Positions 44,333 to 59,192 are shown, counted from the first letter of the stretch. The stretch: 64,000 nt of DNA from the human T2T-CHM13v2.0 reference genome, Homo sapiens (GCA_009914755.4 CP068257.2:30016001-30080000), one strand, 5' to 3'. Notes: generated by a model not told the origin, from the letters alone. A program made the numbers and translations.

Positions 44333-44433
44333 ATTAATTGATTCAATTGGACCAAACTCTTCCAAGAGACTGGCAACATCCTGCTGAGTAGTTCTTTTGT
44401 CCAGCTGCCCCACCCAGAGGGTAGTACTGCAAA
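44333..44433 (-). CDS. SCAF4: SCAF4 exon, RRM RNP2 region (CSTTLWVGQLDKRTTQQDVASLLEEFGPIESIN)
   Basis: Acceptor ttattttaag|TTTGCAG chosen because only this restores frame with upstream RS exon; donor AAT|gtgagt. Confidence 0.75.
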
Positions 44434-45277
44434 CTTAAAATAAAATTACAATCATAAAGAGATTCACATTTGATAATGAGCAGCACTGTAGCTTACATTA
44501 AAAAATCATTACACAAAATATTCATGAACTATATTACAACACCACAAGTTTAAATAGTAAATCTCACATACATTTTAAAAATTCTAGAAAACTGCATTAG
44601 TACTTCCAGAAAGAGAACTGGGATAGTGAAAGATATACATAAAAGTTGGAAAAAACTGGTTTTTTTGTAGATGGATCTAAAGATTACATCTATAAAAACT
44701 GAAGCCAGGGAAGCAATAACTTGCCCACCTCACCCTGCCAATGAACAGCAGAACTAGGATTGGAGCTCAAGTCTCTTGATTACCAACCAGCTCAGTGCTT
44801 TGTTCACTTGCATGTAACTGTCCTTTCTCCACTCTTAAGTGTTGATGGTTTTTCTTTTATGTTGTGTCCTAGGTGATAAGCCTTATGGAATCAGAAATCT
44901 TACATATGCCCTAGTCATATTATAAATTAAAATCTTAGTCATCTTAATAGTTACTGATTTATATCAAATATATGTCTAGCACACCTTACTAAATGTATTC
45001 TGAAGACATCTGATGAGATTCAGAAAATAATGCAAGTGAATACATTCTGTAAATTTTTGGTTCACTCCTTACTGCTGCTTTATAGCTGGTTTAAGGTACG
45101 AAAGCAAATCTAAGGGTATACATCAATGAATAAACAAGGCACAAGAAAGCAATATTTCAAATAAAAATCAACACAGTGGTAACATTTCTTTTATAGTTTT
45201 GCTAACAGTTATAAAACACTTTAAACCCAAGACATGAAAAAATAGTACATGAGGTTTGAATATAAAGGTTGAGTTAC

Positions 45278-45468
45278 CACTTGCAGTTTCCGGTTTCACT
45301 TGAGGGAGGCCTTTTTGTCGACGTTCTCTCTCTTTTTCTCGATCCCGTCTTTCTTGAGATCGAGATCGGGGAGAATGTCGGCGTCTATCCCTGGACCGAG
45401 ATCGAGAACGTCGATGCCGAGACCTTCGAGATCTAGAACCAGATCTAGATCGCCTCCTTTTTGGTGAC
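45278..45468 (-). CDS. SCAF4: SCAF4 RS-domain exon (SPKRRRSRSGSRSRRSRHRRSRSRSRDRRRHSPRSRSQERRDREKERERRQKGLPQVKPETAS)
   Basis: ORF track 45168..45533 frame; acceptor aaacattag|GTCACC, donor AAGTG|gtaact. Confidence 0.8.
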
Positions 45469-46187
45469 CTAATGTTTTCAAGAGAAGGGAGAATGCATAG
45501 CATATAGACAAAAACCAGAAAATATAAGCACATACTAATTAAAACAGAACAAAAACTAGGTAATTTAATGTTTGGGTATGTAAGAATGCAATACCTGAGA
45601 ATTCATTTTACAGATTTAGTATGTCCCAAATTAGAAATCATGCACATTATTTAAATAAAATACACAATGTTGACAGCTTATATAAGTATCTGTCATCTTC
45701 AGTGCCGTCTGGTACTATATAAAATTACATCCTTGTAATTTAAGTAGCTAATTTTCACAGTTGAGATACACTGCTACTACTGTTACCTATCTTCTTAGTA
45801 AAGTATTTTCTGCAGCAATTAAAAACATTCTCTGATTACAGCATTACTGTGATCTTTCCACTTTTGCTGGCTGATAAAGCTGTAATGGAACTTTGAAAAT
45901 ATAGTTCTTCTAATATCACATACTGATTACCTATGTATAGAATTATATCTTCAAAATTCCGTTACATCTGAGCAACTTAAATATAGGGAAAAAAAGTAAG
46001 ATGAATGATGTAGTTTTTTTTTTTACATCAATACTTCACCTGCCCCCTTCTACACACATATACAAATACAAACATACCAACTGTTATTTTACTAACATTC
46101 TGAATATCTGAAAATAACCCAATCTAATTTTAATTTCTATGTCCCCTAAGATATACAGGGTTGGAAAAAACATTTTCTATAAATTAC

Positions 46188-46273
46188 CTGGATGCTGACC
46201 TAGATCTTGACTTTCTGTTATCAGACATATGTCGCTTAACCTCTTGAATACAAGGTTGTTCTACTTCCATTTC
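46188..46273 (-). CDS. SCAF4: SCAF4 exon (EMEVEQPCIQEVKRHMSDNRKSRSRSAS)
   Basis: Acceptor ttttttaag|GAAATGG, donor CCAG|gtaatt; ORF track 46184..46402 frame. Confidence 0.8.
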
Positions 46274-46796
46274 CTTAAAAAACAAAAACCATGATAAAAT
46301 GAGAAATTTAAAAAGTATAAAAGCAAGAGGACAAAATCTAACAAAAGCTATATTAAAAATCTCCTTCCCTGAAGCAATTCTCTTTTGGTTGCCTGGGACC
46401 AAATTACTAGTAACAACTGGCCATCACTGGGAAAAAAAAACAAAAACAAAAACCACTTTTATATTGTTTAAAAGATTAAAAGAAATATTTCTCTACTTCT
46501 GGTAAAGTTACTTTGCTTAAATTACATACCATTTTAATAAACCATTATCTAATGCAGTGAAGTAGGCACTAGTTAAGCCTTCAACACTCTATATCAAACC
46601 TCACAGAATCCTATGGAAGTTGGCAGTATTAGCATGTCCACTTTCCAGATGAAAAACCTGGAGCACTGAGAGGGTTTAATATGTACCCAGGTCTTTCTTC
46701 ATATTCAAAAATGAAGACAGCAAGCAAATAAGGAGAAATCTGCATATAAGTCAAGGCAACAAAAAAAGATAAAACTATCTGAGAATAAAGTTTTAC

Positions 46797-46964
46797 CTGC
46801 TGATGCGGCTTCTGTGTAAGTGGTTCATTTTGTGCCTGAAAAGAAGCTTGGAAAGGCTGCTGCACTGGTGGAGTTGGAGGAATCACAGGCTGAGCCATGG
46901 GAGGAAATGGAGGTGTAGGAAGAAGTCCAAATCCTGGCATTTGTCCATTAGGAGGAAGTGGAAC
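46797..46964 (-). CDS. SCAF4: SCAF4 exon (VPLPPNGQMPGFGLLPTPPFPPMAQPVIPPTPPVQQPFQASFQAQNEPLTQKPHQQ)
   Basis: Acceptor aaaatgaaag|GTTCC (first AG after in-frame TGA), donor CAGCAG|gtaaaac. Confidence 0.75.
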
Positions 46965-48096
46965 CTTTCATTTTTAAAGAAAGTGTATGAGTAATAGCTA
47001 TCAAAATAATTTGGAAAACCTTTAGTTATATAAAACTAAAATATCCTCAATAAAGTTTGATCAAGGAAAAGTTACAACGACATTCAACATTGTTTAACAA
47101 TTTCCATATGTACAATTTCCACGCAAGAATTGTTACATACCAAGTATATAGGTTAAAAATCCTGTAACTCTTTTTAAAATTATGAACACACAGGTTTAGT
47201 TTTAAATATTTAAAGAAATACCTTCATTTACATAAGGAAGCAATGTGATAAACTGAACTTCAAGTCAGAAGTACTCCATTGCAAATGGTCTCTTTTCAGC
47301 TTTAAAGACAATTAAGCCTTTTGGGAGGAAAACTGGCTATCTAGAAGCAATGACTTCTAGGTTTACTTTAAAAAAAAATAATCAAGGGGGAATTTCAACT
47401 AACATACCCAACTTTTAGAGTTTCAAATAAAGTATCATAATAATAATGAAAGTAAACTACAATCTAACATATTTCTGCATGTCAGTTTAAACACAAATAA
47501 AACTATAAATATAATGCTTTAAGTATTCTTTCTAAATTATTTATGAACTTTCAGTAATTGTTAAACACTTGAAATAACAAAAATGCTTCCCACCCCATCC
47601 CCATAATTTAGATACAGAATCAAGTTTAAGAAACACTCAATGAGAGAATTTACTGGAACAAATTTATCTCTACTAACTTCCTGCAACTCTCCAGTGTGCT
47701 ATGTATGCTCCTTTTATTGCGGATTTCAAACTATATTCCTGAATGTTCAGAGCTCAGAGCCCTCTAAAGTATCTAACCACACAAAATACAGAAGGAAGGC
47801 CCTTCCAAGGGAAAAAGCTGTATAACTAAACAGGTCGGTTTCTTCAAATAGAACTGTAATCTCTACATTATTTTAACTAAAAAAATGCCTATTATTAAAA
47901 TATGAGCATGTGATTTTGGCATCCTTGTTTTAATTACAGAAAAAAGCAACTCAAAATAGTTACGTGTTCAACAGCTTTTATCAGAGATATAGTACGACTT
48001 AGCCAATTACATAGCTGCAGAGTGCTCTGTGGAATGCAAACCATACGCTCTATAATGAATAGATCTTTCTTTGAACTGCAAGAAAAATGCTTGTAC

Positions 48097-48205
48097 CTGA
48101 TGGTGCATTGGATCCTGTTGTATTCCCATCATTCGTGGCTGAAACTGATCCATATTTTGATGCTGTGTGTATGCTGGCTGCTGCATGCCATCTCCAGGAA
48201 AGCCA
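48097..48205 (-). CDS. SCAF4: SCAF4 exon (GFPGDGMQQPAYTQHQNMDQFQPRMMGIQQDPMHHQ)
   Basis: Acceptor cttttttag|TGGCTTTCC, donor CATCAG|gtacaa. Confidence 0.8.
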
Positions 48206-48552
48206 CTAAAAAAAGGTGGATAATCTTTTACCCATTCAAAAGCACAAGCTTCTCAGCCACACTTAAATTACAGAAACAGAGTGTTGTTCATGAGTCATTA
48301 ACATTTTACTGAACCATATATTTACCTATATATTAAATTTAATTTATAAACTCAGTATTATTCCCAACATAAAAGCCATTTTTTGGTTTTAAATCTTAAG
48401 AGGATCCCTTCCTCATTCAAGAGAAAACTAATACCACAAATTTTACAAAACAACTTCATAGAACATTGTTGTCATTGCTAAATGTTACTTAGGTTATGCC
48501 TTACAACTATTACCAATTTTCTATCTGCTGAGGAATAAAAAAAAAAACTAAC

Positions 48553-48734
48553 AATGGTGCCTGTGGAGGAGGAGGAGAGGCAGCAGCGGGTGCAGCAGCA
48601 GCAGGCACGGTGGCGGTGGGTGCAGGGGGTACTGCGGCAGCAGGTGCTGTCGTGGTGACGGCAGTGGTATCCTCTTTCTTTGATTCTTCCACAGCTTCTG
48701 GCTCATCATCATAGTCAAATCTATCAAGCAACTT
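48553..48734 (-). CDS. SCAF4: SCAF4 exon (KLLDRFDYDDEPEAVEESKKEDTTAVTTTAPAAAVPPAPTATVPAAAAPAAASPPPPQAP)
   Basis: Acceptor attattccag|AAGTTGC; donor CCATT|gttagt is the only GT giving the phase-2 end required by the next exon. Confidence 0.7.
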
Positions 48735-51700
48735 CTGGAATAATTATGTCAATATTTCATTTTAAAATTTAGACTGATTCACTGCACAAAAAACTTTATG
48801 AAAACAAGGGATGTTTACCACCATCTAGAAACCCACATTGTCAAGCACAATCTTATTTTCCCTTATGCCCCTCAGGACCTTGGTTTGTAGATATAAACAA
48901 TTTTTACACAGATGCCAGTTTGGAAAACACACAGTGTTTTCATTCTGTTTTCCTTCCTCAATTGTAAGTACAGTGCTTTCTATTTTCTATTGGTGTATTT
49001 CACAAGTAATTTAGCAGCATACATGTTTTTCTAAAATACTCATTTCCCTAGCCTAAAAATGTCTGGAACTTTGTGCACATGAAAATGGGTATACATTTTC
49101 AGTCAGCATAAAATGTACAAAAAGACTGTCTTATTCAATCACCATAATGCATATAGAAAAGTGTCCATATACTGCTTCCTCAAGAATATACTAATATAAA
49201 AAAAGAAAAAAAATGGCAAGGACACAAAAAAGTCACTAGCAGTTCCTAAGAGGTTCGCTTGCTTCTTTCTCATAACTTCACAGCTTACCAGAAACTTTCA
49301 TGTAAAAAAAAATTCAAGAGACTTAATGAGATCACATATCTAGAAGAACAATTTTAAGTAAGATTTATTCAGAAAAAAGATAATGCTTAAATACCTACTA
49401 ATGTGTATCAGATCATATAGACTTCATCACAAGAACACTGCAATGTAGATAGTTTCTTCTTTTTTACAGACAAGGAAACAAAGGCTCAGGTGATTAAGAA
49501 ACATGATTAAGATTGCACAGTCAGTGAATGGTAGAATCAGGATGCGGACACTAGTCCTTTTGACTTCAAAGCCCTCAGTCTCTGGCTTTCAATAAGCAAT
49601 CTTTCCTTTCAAGCCGTGCTCATTCTGCTTATAGACTTCAACCTTAAATTCCTGAACCTTGTCATTCTATAATAGTTCTGCCTAGAGATTCTGGTTTTGC
49701 TTTATTGAACAACACATTTCTAAATCAAATGAAAAGTTCTGTCCTTAGACAACACAGTATATAGGACTAAACTAAGTGTAAAGTGTGTTTTGGGATAGAG
49801 CTAACTTATGTTTCTTTGTAGTTCTAGGCCAAGTGAGTAAAGTTCTTACAAATGAGCAAGTTAGTATTTTCTGAACAGGAACCATCACAGCCCAGGTACC
49901 TTGCTGTTTTACATATTTTTATTTAACCCTCATGGCAACAATAAAATATTTTTACTACCATCTTTATTTTACACTACTGAACAGTAAACATTAATTCAAC
50001 AACAGGACAGTCTGTAAGTAATTGGAGCCAAAATTAAAATCTGGTCAAAGTCGCCTATAAAAAACAAAACCTATGATCTTCACAGTTTATTACATATTAA
50101 TATGTTCTTTAAAGTTTGAAGAATACTGCTTTAAAATACTTAAAGCAATTAAAAAATTAAAATGGGGTCTACCCAAAAAGAAATTTTAGTTGCTTTTTAG
50201 GAAACTGAAGATCTATAAAGTAGCTGAAACAGACAAATTATTTCCAGTGAGAAGCTTGAAACAGACCTTTTTAGTCAAAAGAAAAGCACAGAATTCCTTT
50301 TTCTAAACTTATGGGCCAGTCCACTTAAGGTTAAATACTAGAGGAATTAGAATTCACATTAATAAGAGAAACATGCTCACCATCATGGCTTTTCCTAAAT
50401 TTACCTATAAATTCAAAGGAATTCTATACACTGACATAGAAATGTACAGAGTTTTCCAGTTCATCTGGAAAAGTATGCTGTGACTGTTAATTTTGTGTCA
50501 ACCTGCCTAGGTTATGTAGTACCCAGCTGTACAGTCAAACACTAATCTAGGTGTTGCTGTGAAGGTGTTTTTTTAGATGAGAAGGTGTTTTTTAGATGAA
50601 AGTAACAATAAATCAGTAGACTCTGAGTAAAGCAGATTACTCTCAATAATGAGTGGGCCTCAATCAATCAGTTGAAGGCATTAAGAATAAGAACTGAGAT
50701 AGAGGGAATTATCCTCAGCAGTGCAACAGAGAAACCCTGGCCTGAGTTTTTAGTCTGCTATCCTGCAAATTCAGACTCAGGCCTACAATGTTAACTCCTG
50801 AATTTCCAGCCTGCTGACCTGCCCTGCAAATTTCAAATTTGCTAGTCCCTACAACTGCGTGAGCCAGTTTCTTAAGATAAATCTATCTTTCATTCAAGAA
50901 TCTAGATAGACAGATGCAGATGTAGATTCAATTACTGGTTCTGTTTCCCTGGAACTCTTGACTAATACACTTCATGATAAATGAACAAAGTTTGAAAAAG
51001 TATGAGGGGGAGTTTGAAAAAGAGTGAAGTGGGAGGGGGAGAGACGGGATACCAGGAAATGAAAGACAGTCTGTCACAAGAATTATTATGATGCAGAAAT
51101 AAACAAATATATTAGTGGGATAGAACAGTGTCCAGAGATAAGACACAGAAACATACAGGAATTTAGTGTATAAAAAAGTAGTGAGGGAGAACTGGCTATT
51201 TTCAAAAACATAATGGTTTAACTATCTTCAACCATATTCTAAAACAGATTCCAGAGGGACTGAACAGACAATCATAAAAAAAACCTTACTAGAATATAGA
51301 AATCTTTTCTAATACAAATGAGGAGTTTTCCTAATCACAACATAAAACAAAAAACTAGGAAAACCAAATATGTGAGTTTATGTTCGTATGTGCATGCAAA
51401 CAAGAGTGCAAGAATATACACGAACAAATCTGTTCAAACTGCAGTGTGGAATTCTTTCCTTATTTTATAACTTTCTGTATTATTTGTTTTTTTTTTTTTC
51501 TGCAAGTATATATTTCCTTTTTACTCAAAAAAATGTATCCAACTTTTGTTTAATCAGTCATCACTCATAAATCACTAAGATATAATGAAAACTGGTATTT
51601 ACTAGGTGGATTTTTAATTTAGACTATTGGCAATAAAGTCCTTCTGTTTTTATAGTTAGGATGTTGGAAAGAATCAGATATTTTAAAGATGATGAAACCA

Positions 51701-51959
51701 AAGGCATCAGTTCTGATTTTCAAACTTTTGAGTTTTTTTGCAGTGAAAACTGAAAAGTCAAATGATGTTTTATAAAGCCATAAACCAAATAAAACAGACA
51801 AGAGTGGAGCTGTTAGGGTTAAATTTCAATGAGAAGCTCTAAGCTGTTCAGCATATCCATATCCTTAGTGGCAGCTTCTTAAACATGCCTAAGAAACCTA
51901 TAGGCCCGATAGAGCAGCTGAGACACTGACCTAACTCAAATCCTCTTTTTTGTTGTTGC

Positions 51960-52428
<469 letters not shown>

Positions 52429-52980
52429 TGAATGTCTATTAGTAGTGGAATGGCTGAACTGTAATGTGCCCATGTAGTGGAATACTATGTATTACATGCA
52501 TTCAGTAAAAATGTAGATCTAAATCCACTATTAACCTTAACAACAACAAAAAAGATACAAGAGTATTAACACCAAAACAAGTGGGTATGTATTATACTCA
52601 ATTAAAGAAAAGCATGTATCTGTAGGAAATTAATTCTGAAAAGATGTAAGGCAAAATGTTACACAGTAATCCCCAAGTATTGGGGTTAATGAAGAATTTT
52701 CTGTTTCCTTTACTCCCTAACTTTTTCTTTTTTTTTTTTTTTTCACTTTTTTAATTTTACACTAGTAAATTCAGCTTCAAACCCTGGAAATTTTTGCACT
52801 GAGCACATATCACATTTAAAACCAGGGAAAATAATCGATGTTTTCTTGTTGAGGGGGAAAATCTCTCAAATTACAAAACGACATAATGAACAATCCACAG
52901 AAGGGATACAGAAGTGATAATTTCCATAACTCAAGTTGAGTGATATAAATGGTGGGGTGGGTTATGTGAGAGAAATATAC

Positions 52981-53157
52981 CTTGTCAAATGCAGTTTTCT
53001 GTTCAGGTGGGGGGAAAGCAGCTTTTTGTTCAGATGGTTGTGTAGGAGTTGTCTTTAACTGAGCTGTGATAGCCTGAACCTGAGCCATCACAGCATTGTC
53101 AAGGGCAGGAGACTGTGGTTTTGGAGGCTGTTGAAAAGTCTGAAGGATCTGCTGAAG
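52981..53157 (-). CDS. SCAF4: SCAF4 exon (LQQILQTFQQPPKPQSPALDNAVMAQVQAITAQLKTTPTQPSEQKAAFPPPEQKTAFDK)
   Basis: Acceptor cattctttaag|CTTCAG, donor GACAAG|gtatat; ORF track 52816..53193 frame. Confidence 0.8.
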
Positions 53158-53761
53158 CTTAAAGAATGGGAAAACCAATAAATCACAGAACAAAGTATAA
53201 TCATACTATCAAAAGTTAATTTAATAAAAAAATGTCTTAAAGGTGATTCAAAGTAGCATAGGCACAGAACAAATTGGGGAAAAAATCCTTTTATGAATGG
53301 TTAAATTTGTTGTGAATGAATATACAGAGATATAATGTGCATTTCTTAAGGTTAAAAATGTATGCTGACAATGTCAATGATATGATGGTCAAAAAAAGAG
53401 AAAATACACTGAATTGTGAACAAAGTAAGCATAAGTTTTCTAGAAAAATGGAAAAATTCTCTCCGTTAAAAATAATTTTGAAATCCATCAGAAATGCTAG
53501 AATTGTGAGCAACATGAGCCACTTAGTAGTTCTAAAGTCCTCTTCAAAGAGGTACTGTCATTTCTAAGTGTGTTGTTCCCTTGTTTATCACTTCTACATT
53601 TTCCCTGTTCCTCCTACATTACTTCTCTTGTGAAGGCTTTTCTAGTTGAAAAGCAGACGTATTTTCTCCTTTCAATGTGCTTATTAATGAAGAATAGAAA
53701 ACAAGAAGTGACAACAGTACCTAGTCCTGCAAACAATTTCACTTTTGAGTAGACAGTTTAC

Positions 53762-53904
53762 CTGTTGGCCTTGAGTTGTCTGAAACAGCTGAGCCACAGC
53801 AGCAAAAGCATCAGAGCTGGGCAACTGTGGTACAGCTGGGACGGAGTTTGGAGTGGCTTGTGTGGGAGGTTCAGAAGAAACTTTTACTGGAGGTGGAGGT
53901 GAGC
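53762..53904 (-). CDS. SCAF4: SCAF4 exon (SPPPPVKVSSEPPTQATPNSVPAVPQLPSSDAFAAVAQLFQTTQGQQ)
   Basis: Acceptor ttttcttttttag|GCTCACC, donor AACAG|gtaaac. Confidence 0.8.
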
Positions 53905-54229
53905 CTAAAAAAGAAAAGGGCATTAAGGCCTAAAAAAAAAGTTAACCTACAAGTTTTCCTAATTAAGCTTCTTTGCTAAAATAACATTTTATCCAATTTA
54001 ACAAAGTATAAAATATAGAGATTGTGGCACTAGAGTTTATACTGTAACAACTACCAGAAGAGCAGACCTTTATTATAAATAGGAATTATGGAAAGAAAAT
54101 CATACCTTCCAAGATGTAAACTCAAGTTTCCTTCTTATAGAAAAATTCCTTCAATACACATAAACTCTGACTGTTTCATGTGCAAAAAATCATACCATTG
54201 TGTGAGCTCACAGATACATCTGACCATAC

Positions 54230-54365
54230 CTTCATTATTGGTAACATTTTCTGCTACTGGGGCTGCATTACTGGTTCCCGCTGCCATGTCCAAAAGAGGT
54301 TGAATAATTTCAATTTTGAACACTCCATTTTTTTGCCAAAGGTTCAGCACACGAACTATTTTACT
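54230..54365 (-). CDS. SCAF4: SCAF4 exon, C-terminal part of CID domain (SKIVRVLNLWQKNGVFKIEIIQPLLDMAAGTSNAAPVAENVTNNE)
   Basis: Acceptor catgcgtaacag|AGTAAAATA, donor GAAG|gtatgg. Confidence 0.8.
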
Positions 54366-55750
54366 CTGTTACGCATGAGAAACACAAATATACAATAAAT
54401 ATTTGCATAAATAACCGATTATACTCTTACAAAAAAAAGAGAGGAAAACTCCCTAGGCTAATATTTCCATACTATGTGTGTTTCATAAACAAGGAAAAAA
54501 AAAAATCAGAATTACAACCTGGTTAAACTAATTAGTCTTTCTTCAGTGGTATCATCTAGAGTAAGGAACAGAGATGGACTATAGACCCAGACAATAAAAA
54601 GAAATTTATTATTTGACATTTTCATTTTATTTTACTTATGGTTACAAATAAACTATCACTGACCCCCCAAAAAAAAGCTATCTTGAAGTAAATGAAGGAG
54701 AATTTCTTCAGAGTAATTATAACAGCTAAAATATTTAAGCAACTGGCCTGTAGTCAAAACTTAAATTATGTGGCCAAGCAAATATGAAGATCCAGAGAAT
54801 ATATGTTATTCATGGGCACAACTTTTATCTTTACTCAAGGAATCATCTTGGTTTTGGGTGTATTTTTCCCACAAGAGCATTCTTCCAAGAATATAAAAAC
54901 AGCACCTATGACACTGAAATTTATATGCTGTTTATTGTAAATGTCTCCGTTCTTCATTATTCTGAGTATGTTTACTAGTATAATTCCTCCTATCTACTTA
55001 TAGTCAGCTACTATATCTGTAATGTTTTTCTACTTTTATATAGTATGTTGTAAAGCCAACTGTATATATAAGGAATTAAATACTGTAGTCTGATTGCTAA
55101 TGAATACCACTTAAACTTTAGTATCTCTATATGTTGGGGAAGAACATCTATTATTGGCTCTTTCTTTCTGGAATAACCACAATCAGATGATCGCTGTCTT
55201 TTCCTACTGCACAATTTCTTCCTTACTCAACTACACAAGCACATCTTTCCAACGATATCTTCTTTAAAGATGATGCGCCTTTCATATTATTTTTTAAAAA
55301 TTTTACTTTACTGTGGTAAGAACACTTAACATGAGATCTACTCACTTAGCCAATTTTTAAGTGTACAATACAGAATTGTTAACTATAGGTACAAGGTTGT
55401 TCAGCAGATCTCTACAACCTATTCATCTTGCTTAACTGAAATGTCATACCTATTGATTAGCAGCTCCTAATGTTTCCCTTACCCCTAGTCCCTGGCAACC
55501 ACTATTAAACTCTTTGATTCTATAAATTTTGTTCCTGTCATATTTCAACAGTATGACTGATAATCCTGAAGAACTCATAAGAAAATAAACACGAAATGAC
55601 CACTGAAGAAAAAAACTGTTTTGTTTCAAGCTCACAGACATCGCTACATGAAAATCTTATCTGGTAATATAGTAGGCTCCAAATATCTAACATACATTTA
55701 AAATAATATTTTTTAAAGAATACAAGTTTTAGTTTAAAAATTAATTATAC

Positions 55751-55912
55751 CTTATCTTCAGATGGACAAAGATATAAATATTGGAATGTGGCAGTTATGT
55801 TTTTAGAGAATCTTGGCCCAAAAACATCTTTATCAGTTCCAAACTGATGACGAGACTGTCGCACAATTGAGTCAATTACATATAATCCCGGAACCTTGTA
55901 TTCTGGTTTACA
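55751..55912 (-). CDS. SCAF4: SCAF4 exon, CID domain (CKPEYKVPGLYVIDSIVRQSRHQFGTDKDVFGPRFSKNITATFQYLYLCPSEDK)
   Basis: Acceptor tttatccttgcag|TGTAAACC, donor GATAAG|gtataa; 162 nt=54 codons. Confidence 0.8.
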
Positions 55913-57408
55913 CTGCAAGGATAAAGATGTAAGATCAGTACAGAAAAAGCAAAGTCACAATCTGACACCCATTATTTTCACATTTATGAAACTTTTATAT
56001 ATCCATCCAATGATTGCTTTTGTTTAAAAACTACTTGAATGTTTCAGCTCTCTAAATGGCTAACTTGTCAAATTTCCCATGTCTATAATGGAACTACCAT
56101 TCTCTTGATACTACTGACCCCCAAGATTTTACTCTTCTTTGATTTCTCTACTTCCCTACACCCAATGTCCCAAAATCGACATTACTTTACCAATCCTTAA
56201 GCCAGTTCCATATAAATTCACTTATTATGATAGTCTCTACAATTCACCCTGCTCAAAAAGGTAATTTTTATCTTTCAAAATTAACAAAACATTTTTTAAC
56301 ATATCAATTTTAATTCTATTACAGTACCAAATAAAAATTAAAAACAAGAAGTAGTTTTTGGCTAACCGAACTGACAACAGCAGAGAAAAGCAGAGAAACA
56401 GACACCTATATATATTTCTGGTGGTAGTGGAAACAGGTATAACCCTTTATAGAAGACAATTTAGCAATAAAAGCAAAGTCTTATTTAATCCACCAATTCT
56501 ACATCTAGGAATTTATGCAAAAAAAAAAAAAATTAGGTCTAACAACTCAGAAAATGGCTGTGTGCATCACTGTAACAACCGCAGAGGAGTATTTTGCAAC
56601 TGTTTATGATAAACTCAGTGGGAAAAGCAGCCTAACAACCAGTATTATGTCCATTTTTACTTTTATAAATGTACATGTACATAAAAAATAAATCCAAATG
56701 TATTAATAAATATTGCAGTTAATTTGTTGACAGTGCCTATAGGTAATTTTTTCCATTTTATTTATTTGTACTTTGATGTACTACTATGCAAAGCGTTTAC
56801 TAACCATCTTTTTTGCCTGTTGGAACTTTAACTTTTATACCTAAGCCAGTATACAAGGGCCATGGATTAGAGACATTTTTATAAACACTGATTAGTAGGT
56901 ACTACATGTCACAGCTCCAGGTCAGGGGTTAAGACAAAGATGTCTCAGTCTCTGTTTTCTATTTTCTACTGAGACAGATGTGTGCCAATCACACAGTTAT
57001 AAAACAACAGACAGCTGAACTGAAAATAATTTTATTCTGATGGGAAAAGGGAAAAATTGGGAAAATTTGACAAAGTAATTTCATTTGAAATACTCAAAGG
57101 TGAGTTAAACACCTAAATGTCAACAGCAGTCAGGGCAAGGGGGTAGAGTAAGCACTTCAGGTTTAGGGAAGGGTCATAACCAACATATAAGAAACTGCTG
57201 TGAGTTGAGTGCTAAGTTCACAGTAAGTTAAGTACCAATTAATGGTACTGCTAAAAATGTGTTTTTATAAACTTCTAGTGATTAAAAAGAACCTCTAGTG
57301 ACTAAATTTTTATGAAGTGGTTTAGAAACAAGCATTGAGATTAAAATTTACAAAGTAAATTACAAATCATATTGTAACTAAAATGAGGTTATAATGAGAG
57401 ATAGTTAC

Positions 57409-57453
57409 CTTTTTGATGAACTTTTCTACTATTTGAACTACATGCTTATAAAG
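57409..57453 (-). CDS. SCAF4: SCAF4 45-nt exon (LYKHVVQIVEKFIKK)
   Basis: Acceptor ttcttttcag|CTTTATAAG, donor AAAAAG|gtaact; bridges the two CID exons in frame. Confidence 0.75.
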
Positions 57454-57894
57454 CTGAAAAGAATTAAGAGAAAATTACTGTTCAGTTTACTTATTTCTAC
57501 ATTTCCTATAATTAGAAAATTCTTAAAACTCTGAAATCTATACAATCTAAATATTATCAATACTGAATGAACCATGAGAAATACATAATAAAAAATTTAA
57601 TATTAAAAAACTCAGAGAAAAATAAACTAAAAACAGAAAACTACAAAAATTCCCCAAACAGAAGATCCCTTTTCTTAAATTTTAAATCAATAAACCTTCA
57701 TGAAGCAGAATATTTGGCAACCTTATGGGACAAAACCAATGGATTAGAGCTAAACAATGTAGTTTCTAAAATAAGTCACATTTTAAAGTGTGATTTTGGG
57801 TAAGACATTTAACTTCATGGAGCTTGAATTTTTTCTCTTTAAATAAAAATGAAACTAAATAGTTGGTTTATGATAAGGAATAAATGAAAATTTA

Positions 57895-58075
<181 letters not shown>

Positions 58076-58259
58076 ACACTGCTTTGAAACAATATGTTAC
58101 AATGCAAATGCACGCTTATCATGTACCTTCAGCAAAGGCTGGTTAGGGCTCTTTGATTTAGGCCTGAACTAATTCACAAGTTGACTTCTCATGTTTAAAA
58201 GTAATAAATATTTTCAAAATTTCAAAAAGATTTCTCAAATTGCTTTATTTTATCATTAC

Positions 58260-58343
58260 CTTAATAGCTTTAATAGCAGCTTTAGTGATGAGAATCATCT
58301 TGGCTCTAGAGATGGGAGGTTTCATATCCATAAGCGAAAAGAG
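58260..58343 (-). CDS. SCAF4: SCAF4 exon 2 (LFSLMDMKPPISRAKMILITKAAIKAIK); exon 1 with ATG lies beyond the window end
   Basis: Acceptor gtcttttaag|CTCTTTTCG, donor ATTAAG|gtaatg; 28 codons. Confidence 0.75.
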
Positions 58344-59192
58344 CTTAAAAGACAAAAAACAAACAAAAAGTAAAGTTTAACTATTTGGCTAGTAAATAAG
58401 CACCTTTCCTACATATCTACATCACCACTTGGAAAATACAAACGGGGCCGGGGTGGTGAGGGGGGTCTTAGCAGCTAGGGCAGCAGGAAGAGCTTTGGTG
58501 GCCAGGCACCCAGCACACACCCTCCCCACTGCCGTGATACCCAAGAAGAAGGTTAGCTCTGCCAAAGGGGTGGCGAAGGGGTAGTGAAATGAAGGAAGAG
58601 CCCAAGAGGCAATCGGCATGGCTGTCAGCTAAACCTGCTCCTGCAAAAGTGGAAATGAGGCTGAAAAAAGGCAGCAGAAGTATAAATCCTTAGACAAAGA
58701 TGTGCAAACAAAAGGGAAAGGGAGGGGGAGCAAAGAGAAAACAGACTCAAGTGACTAACCAAGAAACTAAAGATTTACCTGCAGAAAACGGAGAAACTAA
58801 AACCAATGAGAGTCCAGCCTCTGATGAAGCCAGAGAAAGAAGCCAAGTCTACTCAGTACATACCATGTCTTATCAGTGGTCTCTGTCTCCCCTCTCTTCA
58901 ATCCAGAGGAGTATTTTTATCAACTATTTTGTAAATGCAAGATTTTAGTAGGTCTAGAAACATTTTTAAGGAGGGAATCCCAGTTCATCCCATTTTTTAT
59001 GTATAAATGCTTTTTTTTAAGAGGTAAAATCATTCACTGGTTGTTTACTTTATTTTTTGGTACAACCAGAACAGAGTGTGGGATGTTGTATTATGGGAGG
59101 CTTTGACTGTCTTGGGTGTCAGCTTAACATTCCATAGATGGGGGGGTTACTTTTTATATCCTATAATGTCTCTACTAAATATACAAATATTA

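Noticed and set aside
48553-48600. Apparent absence of a GT donor directly after ...PPPPQ (CAG|gcacca) in the SCAF4 exon at 48.6 kb, suggesting a second GC donor
   Set aside because: A canonical donor CCATT|gttagt 8 nt further downstream gives exactly the phase required by the next exon. The GC-donor interpretation is therefore unnecessary.
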